A stretch of 64,000 nucleotides of DNA from a virus: the IMG/VR virus record IMGVR_UViG_3300036939_000059, positions 2,802-66,801 of that record; one strand, written 5' to 3'. This document shows, in pieces, positions 35,919-45,754 of the stretch. The position numbers were made by a program, and so were the translations under genes. A model generated the notes under the pieces. It saw only the letters and a program-made list of their open reading frames with translations, ran no database searches and had not been told where the DNA came from. Each line of letters opens with the position of its first letter. Within the stretch, counting starts at the first letter, position 1.

Positions 35919-36164
35919 TCAAACCTCAAAACTCCTAGCAGGTTGCCCCAACGCTTTAGCAATCCTATAAATCAACACACTGGTAGTGCCACTACCTAAC
36001 TCAATCTGACTAATCCGTTTTTGAGACAATCCCACCTTTTCCCCTAACTCTGCTTGGGTTAACCCCCTGTAATTCCTTGCGGCTCGAATTAATCTGCCCT
36101 GAGTTTTTTCAGGGTTTTGATTTCTGCAATCTTCTTCTAATGCTACTAGCGTTAATACTGACAT
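35919..36164 (-). CDS. XRE-family HTH regulator
   Basis: IRAARNYRGLTQAELGEKVGLSQKRISQIELG. Confidence 0.9.
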   Translation of the reverse strand: MSVLTLVALEEDCRNQNPEKTQGRLIRAARNYRGLTQAELGEKVGLSQKRISQIELGSGTTSVLIYRIAKALGQPARSFEV

Positions 36165-36244
36165 ACTCGTCTTACTTGTATTGATCTAGATTTTAAAGTT
36201 TTGCCCCTATAGCTTGGTGAAATGTAGAACTAGAACGAGTATTT

Positions 36245-38530
36245 GTGCCCCTAGAGTCGATGATTTTGCAGGTGCTAGAGCGCAATGGGAAGGAAGAAGC
36301 TTTCTCCACCATTGTGGCTTTGCATTGCCAACAAATGCGGGAGTGGGGGTGTCGGGGCGGGAACTTGGAGTTCCGACCGATTCAGGATGATGCCAAGAAC
36401 AACCGATTGAAGTTTTTGACTCGCCAGCACCAACGCAATCGCATGGCGTCCCGACTCAATTACGTCATGGATAGCTTCGTTTGTCGTGGGGAAATTTGCT
36501 GGTTTTTCCTGCCCGACCCTAGCAGCGAAGGGGACTACATCATTGATTTTTTCGTTGGGGGACTGAATCACCCTGACCCTGAGTTTAAGGTGTTCTACAA
36601 GCCAGGGGGGCGGGAAATTGAGAAGGTCATCATTATTTATAGTTATGACCAAAATACCCCGATCGCAGTTGGCTCCCAACGGCGTTGGGTGACGATTACC
36701 GTTACCCAAGATTGGATTGAGCAATTTGAGGGCAGCGCCAAATTAAGCTTTCGTCAGTTATCTGGGGGCAGTCAGTATCCGGGTCAGTATTCAACCTATG
36801 GGGCGTATGGTTCGAGTGGCGGCGTTCAGCGCTACGCCAACCCGTTCGCGCCACAGCTTCCGGTTCGGATTTCTCGGAACAACGCTCGGCGTTCGGGGCA
36901 ACAGGGTTCGGACGATTTCTATTGGGTACGGAGTCTTATTGAAGACCACGAGGAGCTAATCGAGAAAGCCCACCGTAATTTAAAGAAATTCAGCAACCCT
37001 TCACTAATCACAACCCGTTCAGCTCACGAAGTCCTTGAGTCGAACCGAGGCAATGTCCCCCAGACCTGGGCGAGTGCCAATCGCTATGTGGATAACTTGG
37101 GCGATATGTATTCGGGCAGCACCCATCCGAATGACTCTCCGGCTTGGGGTACGAGTCGAACTCCGGGCGGATTCCTTTCGGGTGGACCAACGAGTACGAA
37201 CCAAGGTGCGATCGCTGACATTATCGGTGGAGTGGGTGACGGAGAACGGTTCGGTTATATACAAGCTGATGCCGTCTCCGGTGACCAGAACCTCTGGATT
37301 AAACAAATCCGGGAAAGCATCCACTGGATACTCGGCGGCATTGACCCTCTAGGTATTTCCAGTTCCATCACTTTTGCTGAATCTAGAACCTTATTCGGTC
37401 GGATTGAAAATACAGCAGACTTGAAAGCCCAAGCGCTGTACGGTGAGGGCTTGTGCGAAGTGTACGAACAGTGCATGGGGCTAGAGGAGAGGCGCTTTAA
37501 GCGCTGGATGTTTGCCACACTCAAGTCCCAATTCCCAAATGACTTCGAGTCACTACAAGACCCGTCCCAGCTTACTGATGAGCAGTGCCAGCAGATTGCC
37601 GACCTAGCACGCCAAGGAACAATCAAGCTCCCACAGCCTCAGGGATTGCTACCCTTTGGCGATCGCACGGTGACGTGGCGCTTCACTCGTCAGGTGTTCC
37701 AGTTAACGACACGGGAAGAACTTGACCGAAGCATTGCCGCGCGAAACGAACGGGAAGACGGGTTGAGTCAAGAGTGGGTGCTACGCAAGCAATACCCCAG
37801 CATGACTGACCAAGAAATCCGTAATGCCATGAGCGGCTTCTCCCCCCGCACAGTTAGTTCTGCTAATGGAGCAATCCAAACCTTGATGCAGTTGTACCAG
37901 CAGTTTATGGGCTTGCCTGACCCCGATCCGGAAGTGCGATCGCGTCTTCCCAAAGGTGTCCAACCACCACCGTGGGGACTTCGCTTGGGGCTACCGGAAT
38001 TAGTAGAGCAAGCCATGCTGACTCTGCGAAAAGAAATCAGCTACGGGAGACCTGTTTATGAACCAGAGGATGACGAGTTACTTGACTTAGAAGCGATCGC
38101 CGCTGAACTTTCCCCTTATCTAGGTACTGAAAATGAATGGAGCAACAGCGCCCTACTATCCGCCCCAGCAGGGCAATCTAGCTTATCTACCTACGGGCTA
38201 CCCACAAGCGCCTTACCCCTACTTGCCGCAGCCGCAACAGCCGCAGCAAGACCCGATCGACCAAATCAGCAAAGTGGCGCGACTGCTGGATTACCTCAAG
38301 GGGGGCAACAAGGACTCTTCCCAAGTCCAGGGGCTACCATCGACCCAGCAGCAGGTGGGGCAATTTACCCCAACCGGGGTGGCGAATACGGCTCAATTCT
38401 TGCCCAGGAGCCAAGCGGATTTAGACCGCCAGTACCAGGAAATGGCATCGATCCAGTCCTCTGGAATCTCTACCTCCCCCAACTCGCAGCCTTGGCAGCA
38501 GGTTTGGGGTCAGCCGGGGGTAACCAATAA
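36245..38530 (+). CDS. Portal protein (probable)
   Basis: Size and position between terL and the capsid gene; helical core with low-complexity C-terminus. Confidence 0.7.
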   Translation: MPLESMILQVLERNGKEEAFSTIVALHCQQMREWGCRGGNLEFRPIQDDAKNNRLKFLTRQHQRNRMASRLNYVMDSFVCRGEICWFFLPDPSSEGDYIIDFFVGGLNHPDPEFKVFYKPGGREIEKVIIIYSYDQNTPIAVGSQRRWVTITVTQDWIEQFEGSAKLSFRQLSGGSQYPGQYSTYGAYGSSGGVQRYANPFAPQLPVRISRNNARRSGQQGSDDFYWVRSLIEDHEELIEKAHRNLKKFSNPSLITTRSAHEVLESNRGNVPQTWASANRYVDNLGDMYSGSTHPNDSPAWGTSRTPGGFLSGGPTSTNQGAIADIIGGVGDGERFGYIQADAVSGDQNLWIKQIRESIHWILGGIDPLGISSSITFAESRTLFGRIENTADLKAQALYGEGLCEVYEQCMGLEERRFKRWMFATLKSQFPNDFESLQDPSQLTDEQCQQIADLARQGTIKLPQPQGLLPFGDRTVTWRFTRQVFQLTTREELDRSIAARNEREDGLSQEWVLRKQYPSMTDQEIRNAMSGFSPRTVSSANGAIQTLMQLYQQFMGLPDPDPEVRSRLPKGVQPPPWGLRLGLPELVEQAMLTLRKEISYGRPVYEPEDDELLDLEAIAAELSPYLGTENEWSNSALLSAPAGQSSLSTYGLPTSALPLLAAAATAAARPDRPNQQSGATAGLPQGGQQGLFPSPGATIDPAAGGAIYPNRGGEYGSILAQEPSGFRPPVPGNGIDPVLWNLYLPQLAALAAGLGSAGGNQ

Positions 38531-39164
38531 TCTTGAGCAGCGCCAAAGTGTTGCTATCAAGCAATTGGTTGGAGCGGTCAACGCCTTAGATGCAGAACTA
38601 AGCCAGACCTATAACTTGATTAGCGATCTGGTTCACATCCTTGAAACCAACTTGCTACTCAATCAAGAAATTGAGATGCAAGACCAATTAATTAATACGT
38701 TGCTGCCGTTTGTCCAAGTGGCTCAAATCTGGGCACAGGACGCCTTGATGCATGAGCAGGTACTGGAAAATGTTTGCGCCCTATTAACTAACCCAGGCTT
38801 TTTGGTCTACTGGGCGTTCAAGACTTGGAAGGAAACGAGCTTAACCGAGTTTGACCAAGACACGATAGCTGAACAGTACCTATCTTTACTGGCAGCTAAA
38901 GGAAAGTATCCCCCACCCAGTCCACAGTTTTCTGGAAACTTCGCGCCTAGCCCACAGTTCCCTGGAAACCTTATCCCCAACGGTGGGATGCAGTTTCCCC
39001 CACAAATGGGTACTCCCCAAATCCCTTTCCCCCCGGTTCCCAGTAATGGTATGGGGCAACAACCCAGCAACGGAGTTTACGCCATTATCAACGCCCTAAG
39101 AAATCCTCAGGGTTCTGATACAGCCAGATCACTTGTTCGTGCAAGAAACGCAGGAGTACTTTAA
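38133..39164 (+). CDS. Scaffold-like Pro/Gln-rich protein overlapping the portal 3' end
   Basis: P/Q/Y-rich termini with a central coiled coil; 398-nt overlap in the +1 frame. Confidence 0.55.
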   Translation: MNGATAPYYPPQQGNLAYLPTGYPQAPYPYLPQPQQPQQDPIDQISKVARLLDYLKGGNKDSSQVQGLPSTQQQVGQFTPTGVANTAQFLPRSQADLDRQYQEMASIQSSGISTSPNSQPWQQVWGQPGVTNNLEQRQSVAIKQLVGAVNALDAELSQTYNLISDLVHILETNLLLNQEIEMQDQLINTLLPFVQVAQIWAQDALMHEQVLENVCALLTNPGFLVYWAFKTWKETSLTEFDQDTIAEQYLSLLAAKGKYPPPSPQFSGNFAPSPQFPGNLIPNGGMQFPPQMGTPQIPFPPVPSNGMGQQPSNGVYAIINALRNPQGSDTARSLVRARNAGVL

Positions 39165-39607
39165 TGGTTGCCGCATTTGTACCAATGCTCACAGCCGCTG
39201 CCCCTGCCATCATTACCGCCTTCGGTACGGCAGGGGCTAAAGCTCTAGGAGATAGGGCTGGAAAAGAAGCGGGGAATGCGTTGTTTAATGCCAACGCTGG
39301 AAATGCTGCGGCTAATATGCCTCAAGTTCCAAGCAGCGTAAATCAGCAACGCATGATTGCGATGGCGAGCCAAAATCAACCCGCCCTCAGTAGCGATGAG
39401 CAGCGATCTCTAGCGGCGGTTACGGCGTTAGCTGCACAAAATCAACCCGCCGCTAACAACAATCGAACCTTGCTGGGAACCGTTGGCGATGTTGTTGAAA
39501 ACGCCATAACTACCCCTCCAAAACTAGCTCTAGGGCTAGTTGGCAACACTTTGTCAGGAGTTGGGGGGGTAGTCAGTGGGGTAGGCAACTTCTTGGCAGG
39601 GCGATAA
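39164..39607 (+). CDS. Ala/Gly-rich virion-associated protein
   Basis: In the head operon. Confidence 0.55.
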   Translation: MVAAFVPMLTAAAPAIITAFGTAGAKALGDRAGKEAGNALFNANAGNAAANMPQVPSSVNQQRMIAMASQNQPALSSDEQRSLAAVTALAAQNQPAANNNRTLLGTVGDVVENAITTPPKLALGLVGNTLSGVGGVVSGVGNFLAGR

Positions 39608-39650
39608 GTGTCGGTGTTCAAAATAGGTTCACATATTAACTAGGAGAAAA

Positions 39651-40001
39651 TTGATGGACGGAACAATCTTTGGATTAAATGCCGACGTTGTGACAAACAT
39701 GGCAGCGCAGAACGGGGGGCAAATTATGCAAGACCCTCGGCAGCAAATGGATTTACAGTATCAGCAAAAGCTTCGGGATGCTCAAGCGCAGCAGCGGCTG
39801 ATACAAGAAAACGCTATTTTTGCGGGTCAACAAAACAACCAAGGGGCTAACCTAAACACTCAGCGAGCAATGGCACTTAACGCTCAAGCTAATGCAGCTC
39901 AAAACGTAAGCAACCAATTAAACCAATTAGGACAAGCCAGGACCGCTAATACAAATGCCATTCTAGGCGCAATGCAAAGTGTCGGTGGATTGTACAAGTA
40001 A
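39651..40001 (+). CDS. Gln/Asn/Ala-rich virion-associated protein
   Basis: AGGAG RBS; in the head operon. Confidence 0.6.
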   Translation: MMDGTIFGLNADVVTNMAAQNGGQIMQDPRQQMDLQYQQKLRDAQAQQRLIQENAIFAGQQNNQGANLNTQRAMALNAQANAAQNVSNQLNQLGQARTANTNAILGAMQSVGGLYK

Positions 40002-40014
40002 CCCAACATTTAAA

Positions 40015-40047
40015 AACCCGAAGGCATTCCCTACACGCCTTCGGGTT
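40015..40047. terminator. Hairpin upstream of the capsid gene
   Basis: AACCCGAAGGC-N11-GCCTTCGGGTT. Confidence 0.55.
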
Positions 40048-40095
40048 AAGTTCAGTTATCTCCCTCGATTGTAGCAACAGACACCCTAGGGAGAC

Positions 40096-41316
40096 ATGAC
40101 AAACAGTATTTCGTTTGAAGACTATCCCGCGATTCTTAGCCAAGAGCTTTGGCGACCGCATCCCCTGTACATTGCAAGGTGGGTTACCCAGCCGCAGTTT
40201 CTGCACCGGACAGACTTGCAACCAGGACAAACCTTCCTTATGGATAGGTTTGGTTTCTGGGGCGACTCTGGAGATCTAACCGTTGATGCGCGATCGCGTC
40301 AGCCTGACCAAATCATTGGCACGGAAAACACGCGACAAATTCCCAAGTACAAAGTCCCCGTCACCATTCGGGAATTCACAGGACCCGGTGGTGGCGACCC
40401 CACCGACCCAACCCGACCCGGTAACCTCAAGCTCAGTTACCAAAGATTGCTATTTGCCCGCCGCAATATTTGGGACTTGACCCAAGCCGAGCCGTTGGTA
40501 CAGCCCACCTTCCACGAGTCGGTGGGAGCCATCACACTGATGGACGACTACCGCCGTACTACGGATCGGTTTTACCTAAACCTGCTTAACAGTTCAGGTA
40601 ACACCTACAACCCGCAAAACGTGGCAGACGGGGGAACCTACGACAATGGCCCACCCAAGTTTTCAGTCAGCGACTTGCAGCGAGTCTTCGAGCGCCTGCG
40701 TCGTGCCAAGGCTCCCACCTTCCCCGATGGGTATTACCACGGGCTGATTGATGACCGGATGTTGCTGCACTTGCAAGACGATCCGCGCTTTCAGCAGGTC
40801 GTGCAGAGCAGTGCCTATTACTCCATCCCGATGGTGATGGCATCCGACCCACGACTCTTTGGTCCCGGTCGGATGCCCCCCGCAATGGGCAGCATTAACT
40901 ACATGGCGCAGCCCAACCAAATCGCCTTCCAGGGGATGGGGCTAAATCAAATGATGCCGGGGCAAGATGAAGCCCAAATGCCTGCGGGCTTTATCTTTGC
41001 TGGATTCCGAATCTTTACCACCAACAACGCTTTCACGAGTAGGGTGCAATTGACCTACACCAACGTCCCCACTCAGCAGCAAGCCATGCACCCCACAGGG
41101 TCAGCACTGCGAACCGCTTACCTAGGTTTCTTCTTTGGCTCAAATGCGATCGGGGAAGTGTTTGGTGGAGCGCCAGAAGATGGCATCCCTGTTCGCGTCA
41201 AGCGCAACATGAACGACGATTACGGTCGTTTTCTCATCCTGATTTGGCAAGCCTTTTTTGGTCTTGCCCTGCTCAACCCCGACTTTTCTGTCACTGCTCG
41301 CACCTACGGAGACTAA
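40096..41316 (+). CDS. Major capsid protein (probable)
   Basis: 406 aa after portal/scaffold; ELWRPHP..QPGQT..DRF.FWG N-terminus and DDYGRF..IW C-terminus recall a cyanophage capsid family. Confidence 0.75.
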   Translation: MTNSISFEDYPAILSQELWRPHPLYIARWVTQPQFLHRTDLQPGQTFLMDRFGFWGDSGDLTVDARSRQPDQIIGTENTRQIPKYKVPVTIREFTGPGGGDPTDPTRPGNLKLSYQRLLFARRNIWDLTQAEPLVQPTFHESVGAITLMDDYRRTTDRFYLNLLNSSGNTYNPQNVADGGTYDNGPPKFSVSDLQRVFERLRRAKAPTFPDGYYHGLIDDRMLLHLQDDPRFQQVVQSSAYYSIPMVMASDPRLFGPGRMPPAMGSINYMAQPNQIAFQGMGLNQMMPGQDEAQMPAGFIFAGFRIFTTNNAFTSRVQLTYTNVPTQQQAMHPTGSALRTAYLGFFFGSNAIGEVFGGAPEDGIPVRVKRNMNDDYGRFLILIWQAFFGLALLNPDFSVTARTYGD

Positions 41317-41320
41317 ACTG

Positions 41321-42013
41321 ATGCCCTTTATTCAAGCAGGGGATGTTTTTAAGAAAAAGTCCCTAGGGAATGTAATCGGAATTTTGGATGCTTGGGTTGG
41401 CGACGGCATCGTTGACTTCGACGGATCTGAGCGCAAGTTAACCTATGGTCTAGCGAGGTTGACTGATACCCTGCAAACAGCCATCCCTTTGATAATCCCA
41501 AGTTGGAGAGGGAATCAAACGGTTTGGCCTGATCGCCCATTGGTTCTACCCGCTGGCGTAACCATTAATTATGTGGGCTTGCGCCTTCCGGAGTACGGCA
41601 ACCAATTTGAAGGAGCATCCCCTTGGGGCTTGCTGCCCAATAATTGTCAAATTGTTGGCACCACCGGGGAAAACCTCAAAGTCTCGCCAGCGACCGGGGC
41701 AACCACTCACACAACAACCAGCCCCAGCGTCGTTTGTGGACCTAACAACCAATACACCCCTGACGCTTTTTCCACGAGCTTCAGGACATCCGGTCAAGCC
41801 AACCAACCTGCACCGAGTTGGTTGACCACACTACCTGCTGCGACCACACCCCAAATCACAATTTCCAATGCCGCCAATACAGCCGCTGGGAACGGAGTTC
41901 GATTGTCCCAGACAGGTGCGATCGCTTTCATTATTGTGTGGTTCGCTTTGGAATTTGACCTTGCCCCACCGCGTATGCGGGAAGTTGAATTGCCTTTCAT
42001 GCCAATTGCTTAA
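41321..42013 (+). CDS. Minor capsid/decoration protein (probable)
   Basis: Directly after the capsid gene; beta-rich; start moved to ATG 41321. Confidence 0.55.
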   Translation: MPFIQAGDVFKKKSLGNVIGILDAWVGDGIVDFDGSERKLTYGLARLTDTLQTAIPLIIPSWRGNQTVWPDRPLVLPAGVTINYVGLRLPEYGNQFEGASPWGLLPNNCQIVGTTGENLKVSPATGATTHTTTSPSVVCGPNNQYTPDAFSTSFRTSGQANQPAPSWLTTLPAATTPQITISNAANTAAGNGVRLSQTGAIAFIIVWFALEFDLAPPRMREVELPFMPIA

Positions 42014-42079
42014 TAAGGAGAAAAGCGCGACACGTCGCGGTTATCTTTTCTTCAGTCCCCAACCAATGACTAACGACTA

Positions 42080-42670
42080 ATGGCGAACGATCAATTAGAT
42101 AAAACACTTGTCCGCCTTGGAGGGGAAAAGCTCTCCCTCCAAGAAGGCGTCTATACCAACCAAAGCTTCACTCCCTTAGAGGAACCCATCCCCCGCTGGC
42201 TCCCTGATTACCCTGAGCCGCTTTGGCATAGTGGACTAGGTCAAGAAGTGCGGATTGTAGGGATTAACGTTTCTGCCTCAGTGATTCAGTACCGAATCAG
42301 GATTTTAAACTCCTCCGATACCCAGGAACGTATTGCGCTTGAATTCCAACTCCAAGAACTCAGCGAAGCGGATCGAGTTGTCGAGGGCGAAGCGTTGCCT
42401 ATCAACAAAGCGCCGTGGGCACCACTTAAGGAGGCAATGCTGACTTTCTTGAGAAGCTATCCCGTTTCTGCTGAAGATCGGCAAAAGCTGGAAGTCCAAA
42501 TTAAGAGCAAAAACAAGGGACTAGCCACTGCCATCATTGACGAGCGCCAAGCTGAGCAAGGACCCTTTGCGGGAACCGCTAACTTTGTGGATCGGATGAA
42601 CCAGCGGAGTCCGGGGTTTCCGTGGGATGCGATCGCGCCAACGTTTGACTACACCCTTCCGAATCGATAG
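42080..42670 (+). CDS. Hypothetical protein with C-terminal helix-hairpin-helix-like motif
   Basis: GLATAIIDERQAEQGPF..FVDRM (ComEA-like). Confidence 0.55.
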   Translation: MANDQLDKTLVRLGGEKLSLQEGVYTNQSFTPLEEPIPRWLPDYPEPLWHSGLGQEVRIVGINVSASVIQYRIRILNSSDTQERIALEFQLQELSEADRVVEGEALPINKAPWAPLKEAMLTFLRSYPVSAEDRQKLEVQIKSKNKGLATAIIDERQAEQGPFAGTANFVDRMNQRSPGFPWDAIAPTFDYTLPNR

Positions 42671-42971
42671 CGCTTGCTTCTACGGTTAAGGTCAGCTCCA
42701 TGCTGAACCACCACCAGTCACATTCGTTGGGGCGGTGCTTTGGAGTTTGCACCATCACTAAGTAATAAGGTCTATCTGGTTTCTGTCCCAGCCAACGAAT
42801 ATCGTCGGGTTGAACTACATTATTCCAGATGATTTTAGAGCCAGGAAAGATAGGGATTGCCTGTATTCCGTTAGGGGTAGTCGCTTGGATTGATTCGTAA
42901 GTTGTACAAGCTCTCACCCTGTCCATGAAGGCTTGAGCGTCTGGAGGGATTGATTGAGTTAAGTTGCTCAT
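42579..42971 (-). CDS. Hypothetical protein
   Basis: Antisense insert in the structural operon. Confidence 0.45.
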   Translation of the reverse strand: MSNLTQSIPPDAQAFMDRVRACTTYESIQATTPNGIQAIPIFPGSKIIWNNVVQPDDIRWLGQKPDRPYYLVMVQTPKHRPNECDWWWFSMELTLTVEASAIDSEGCSQTLARSHPTETPDSAGSSDPQS

Positions 42972-42974
42972 TGT

Positions 42975-43160
42975 TTAAGTATCGTTATTGACTTTGCGCA
43001 ATGAACGCTCAGGTTTTAGCCTTGTTTTGAGAAGTTCAATTTCCTGTGGAGTCCACATCCTGCCGTAACAACTTTGACCTAATTCGATATCTCCCCTAAA
43101 CTCTTCCGGTCGCTTCTCAACTTCATTCATAAATGCTTTTCTAAGATCATCTTCGTTCAT
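42975..43160 (-). CDS. Hypothetical protein
   Basis: 61 aa, coupled to 42579-42971. Confidence 0.45.
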   Translation of the reverse strand: MNEDDLRKAFMNEVEKRPEEFRGDIELGQSCYGRMWTPQEIELLKTRLKPERSLRKVNNDT

Positions 43161-43635
43161 GGTTCAGCTCTCTCTATTAGATAAAGAACGGACTCGCGAA
43201 CACCTAGGGTACAACATCCCTAGAGGGGTTCCTGCTGGACTGGAGATGCGGATTAATGAGGCAATGGATAGCATCCGCTCAACCCATGCTTATTTTGGCA
43301 CGGGTGGGATTAGCTATTGGCTGACTCGCTGTGATGGCGCATTGATTGCCTCTGACCCCACTGATAGCCGCTGTTATACCCAACGCCAATTAATCCTAGG
43401 GGACGTGAACCGCTCGACCACCACGATTAGCAGTCGTGATATTGACTTCTGGTGGGAGCTGTACCTTAAGCAAACCGACCAGCTAGCCTTCAAGCTCAAC
43501 GTCCCCAACCTAAGGCGACCTGACCAGGCGGCATTTATTTGGGTCAAGTACGGCTCTGATTATGTGCAGGGTATTCCTGGACCACCTGACACCTGCGTTA
43601 GCGATCGCCTTTATCTCAGTGCAAACTATGCTTAA
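43159..43635 (+). CDS. Head-completion/adaptor-like protein
   Basis: DKERTREHLGY N-terminus and position after the capsid genes. Confidence 0.5.
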   Translation: MVQLSLLDKERTREHLGYNIPRGVPAGLEMRINEAMDSIRSTHAYFGTGGISYWLTRCDGALIASDPTDSRCYTQRQLILGDVNRSTTTISSRDIDFWWELYLKQTDQLAFKLNVPNLRRPDQAAFIWVKYGSDYVQGIPGPPDTCVSDRLYLSANYA

Positions 43636-43849
43636 TATCGAAATCGTTCTACTTAATTTAGAAAACCAAATCAATACCATTCAGTCGCAGCTCATGAATA
43701 GCAGCGACCCTAAAGCGTTGATGGAGTTATCGATTGCTTTGAATGCCCACGTTCAAAGCTGGGTGATTCTCAAGGATGCCCGCGATAAAGCAAACCCTTA
43801 TCTAGCTGGAACCATGCCCACTGTCATCCCTTACCAGACGGGAGCATAA
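43628..43849 (+). CDS. Hypothetical protein
   Basis: Start at the internal ATG, coupled to the previous gene. Confidence 0.5.
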   Translation: MLNIEIVLLNLENQINTIQSQLMNSSDPKALMELSIALNAHVQSWVILKDARDKANPYLAGTMPTVIPYQTGA

Positions 43850-43852
43850 TTT

Positions 43853-44365
43853 ATGGCTCCCACTTCTCCTCCTGTCGCCCCCAGTACTCAGCCCGCTTTT
43901 ATCAAGCGAGTAGGCATTATCAATAGCGTCCGTCTCACCAACCAAGTTGTGGCGCGTGATGGTACTGGCGGCGTACCTGTTGTAATTTACGATCCAACGA
44001 TTCACGGCGACGGCAATGGGGCGCTGGTTGAATCCATCCAAGTCATGCCCGTAGGAGTCAATGCCGCAAGCGTCTTGTTCCTGTTTTTCTCCCTTGCTAC
44101 CATCACCCCGGTTCGCTGGGACTTCTGGCAAGAATTAACCCTTCCGGCTGTAACTGCCGCCCCCGCTGCCGCTGCACTAACCAGCGGAGCCAGCCCGCCT
44201 TACCCTTTACTCGTACAACTCCCCCCATTGCTTTCCCCTGCTTCTCCCACAACCACCCCAAACAGAGGATTACGGTTGAACGGGTCAGGTGTCATTTGGG
44301 CAGTAGCTTTGGGCAGCGCTGTTGCGGCTGGAGTCAATGTCACTCTGTTTGGAGGGGAACACTAA
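43853..44365 (+). CDS. Probable virion structural protein
   Basis: Beta-rich, Pro/Ala/Thr composition. Confidence 0.55.
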   Translation: MAPTSPPVAPSTQPAFIKRVGIINSVRLTNQVVARDGTGGVPVVIYDPTIHGDGNGALVESIQVMPVGVNAASVLFLFFSLATITPVRWDFWQELTLPAVTAAPAAAALTSGASPPYPLLVQLPPLLSPASPTTTPNRGLRLNGSGVIWAVALGSAVAAGVNVTLFGGEH

Positions 44366-44367
44366 TT

Positions 44368-44450
44368 GTGCTGAGTAACCTTTTCCCCCAACTTAATAGC
44401 ACCCAGAAAAAAGTCCAAGCCAAGGTGGGGTGGAAAGGGTTGACAATATA
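44368..44450 (+). pseudogene. 5' fragment of a second PPase-like gene, cut off by the HNH insertion
   Basis: VLSNLFPQLNS-TQKKVQAKVGWKGLTI versus MLSALFPQLNTNTAKKVQAKLTWKGLTI at 45755. Confidence 0.75.
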
Positions 44451-44451
44451 C

Positions 44452-45135
44452 CTATCTTGCTTTCCCTCGACTGCTATGCCCATTTACATATTGTCTTGGT
44501 CTTCCATACTTATCAAATGCATCAATAATTGTTTCACACCCGCAAGCACATGGAACCCTTTTTTCTGAGACTGTTTTTCCATGTCTAGCCATGTGACACT
44601 TTCTACACAAAGTTATACCATTGCTTACTTCAAATCGAAGCTCCGGATATTTGCTGTAAGGTTTAATGTGATGTGCAGCCAAGCCTTTCTCTCTTTTGTT
44701 GCATTGCTTGCCGCAGTCTTGGCAAATATAATTGTCTCTAGTTAAAACTTCTGTTCTCCATTGAATATATTGTGGATCTTTAAATCTTTCCCAAGGTTTT
44801 CCGCCTTTCCAAAATGGATGCTTTTCGCCTTTTAAAATAGTTCCATTCTTATGCTTGGTTGCTATCGCTTTTCTCTTTGCCTCTTCACTCATCTTTCTTC
44901 CTTTTGCTTTGTCTCCAATCTTAGTTCTACTTTTATCACTCAGTACCCTAGCAGTAGCTTTTTGCCTTTGCTGTTCAGACATATGCTCTGCACTTTTAGT
45001 TAGCCCCTGCTGTGCTGCTATCCTTGCAATGGTTGGTACTGACACCTCGTACTTCTCTGCTAAAAGTTTATTGCTGCTATTAGGATATAGCTTACAGAAT
45101 TCATCAAGATTGCCACAAGAAAACTTTCTTACCAT
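44452..45135 (-). CDS. HNH homing endonuclease with NUMOD3-like region
   Basis: GRKMSEEAKRK, GEKHPFWKGG, RDNYICQDCG..AHHIKP..NGITLCRKCH; start moved to ATG 45135. Confidence 0.9.
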   Translation of the reverse strand: MVRKFSCGNLDEFCKLYPNSSNKLLAEKYEVSVPTIARIAAQQGLTKSAEHMSEQQRQKATARVLSDKSRTKIGDKAKGRKMSEEAKRKAIATKHKNGTILKGEKHPFWKGGKPWERFKDPQYIQWRTEVLTRDNYICQDCGKQCNKREKGLAAHHIKPYSKYPELRFEVSNGITLCRKCHMARHGKTVSEKRVPCACGCETIIDAFDKYGRPRQYVNGHSSRGKAR

Positions 45136-45526
45136 GCCAAACTCTAAAACAACTAGATTGCTTGAAAAATTCTCAGCGCATTTTAATAAAATAACAAGAA
45201 GGGCTACCAATTGGCTAGGCAGCCCATTTGCTTTAATCCTAGCTTTTGGTTCTATAATTGCTTGGATAATTTATGGCTGTATTGTTGGATTTACCAGTGA
45301 GGTACAGCTAGTAGCAAATACCGGAACAACTCTTATCACTTATGCGATGGTCTTTGTTGTTCAATCAAGCCAGAATAGTGACAGTCGCGCCATTCAGCTA
45401 AAGCTTAATGAACTAATTAGAACTCAGAAAGATGCTCGTAATGCTGTGATTGGATTAGAGGAAAGAGGTAATCAGGAAGCTGAAAAGTTACGGCAGGAAT
45501 TTAAAGGACTGAGCGATGATGGCTAG
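45134..45526 (+). CDS. Low-affinity iron permease (Fet4-like) family protein
   Basis: GSPFALILA..NTGTTLITYAMVFVVQSSQNSDSRAIQLKLNELIR. Confidence 0.88.
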   Translation: MPNSKTTRLLEKFSAHFNKITRRATNWLGSPFALILAFGSIIAWIIYGCIVGFTSEVQLVANTGTTLITYAMVFVVQSSQNSDSRAIQLKLNELIRTQKDARNAVIGLEERGNQEAEKLRQEFKGLSDDG

Positions 45527-45581
45527 CCGTGTCTTTTGTATCCTTCTCTCAACGCCAATGCGCTAAATCCTCTGGAAAAAA

Positions 45582-45752
45582 GTGTATTGTTGGGACAGTA
45601 AAGCAATTCACCTCAAGCTCAACGAAATTATCCTAGCGATTGAGTCAGTCCGCAACCAAGTCATCTCCTTAGAAGAAGAGGACGACAAACAAGCAGCCGA
45701 ACTACAAAAAGAGTTCGAGCAAATCAAAAAAGATGACCCATCCTATCCTTAA
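45582..45752 (+). pseudogene. 3' fragment of a second Fet4-like gene
   Basis: Hand-translated DSKAIHLKLNEIILAIESVRNQVISLEEEDD.. with an in-frame stop upstream. Confidence 0.7.
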
Positions 45753-45754
45753 CT

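Noticed and set aside
44855-45133. 93-aa N-terminal extension of the Fet4-like ORF in the track
   Set aside because: It is the antisense of the HNH gene; family similarity starts at ATG 45134.
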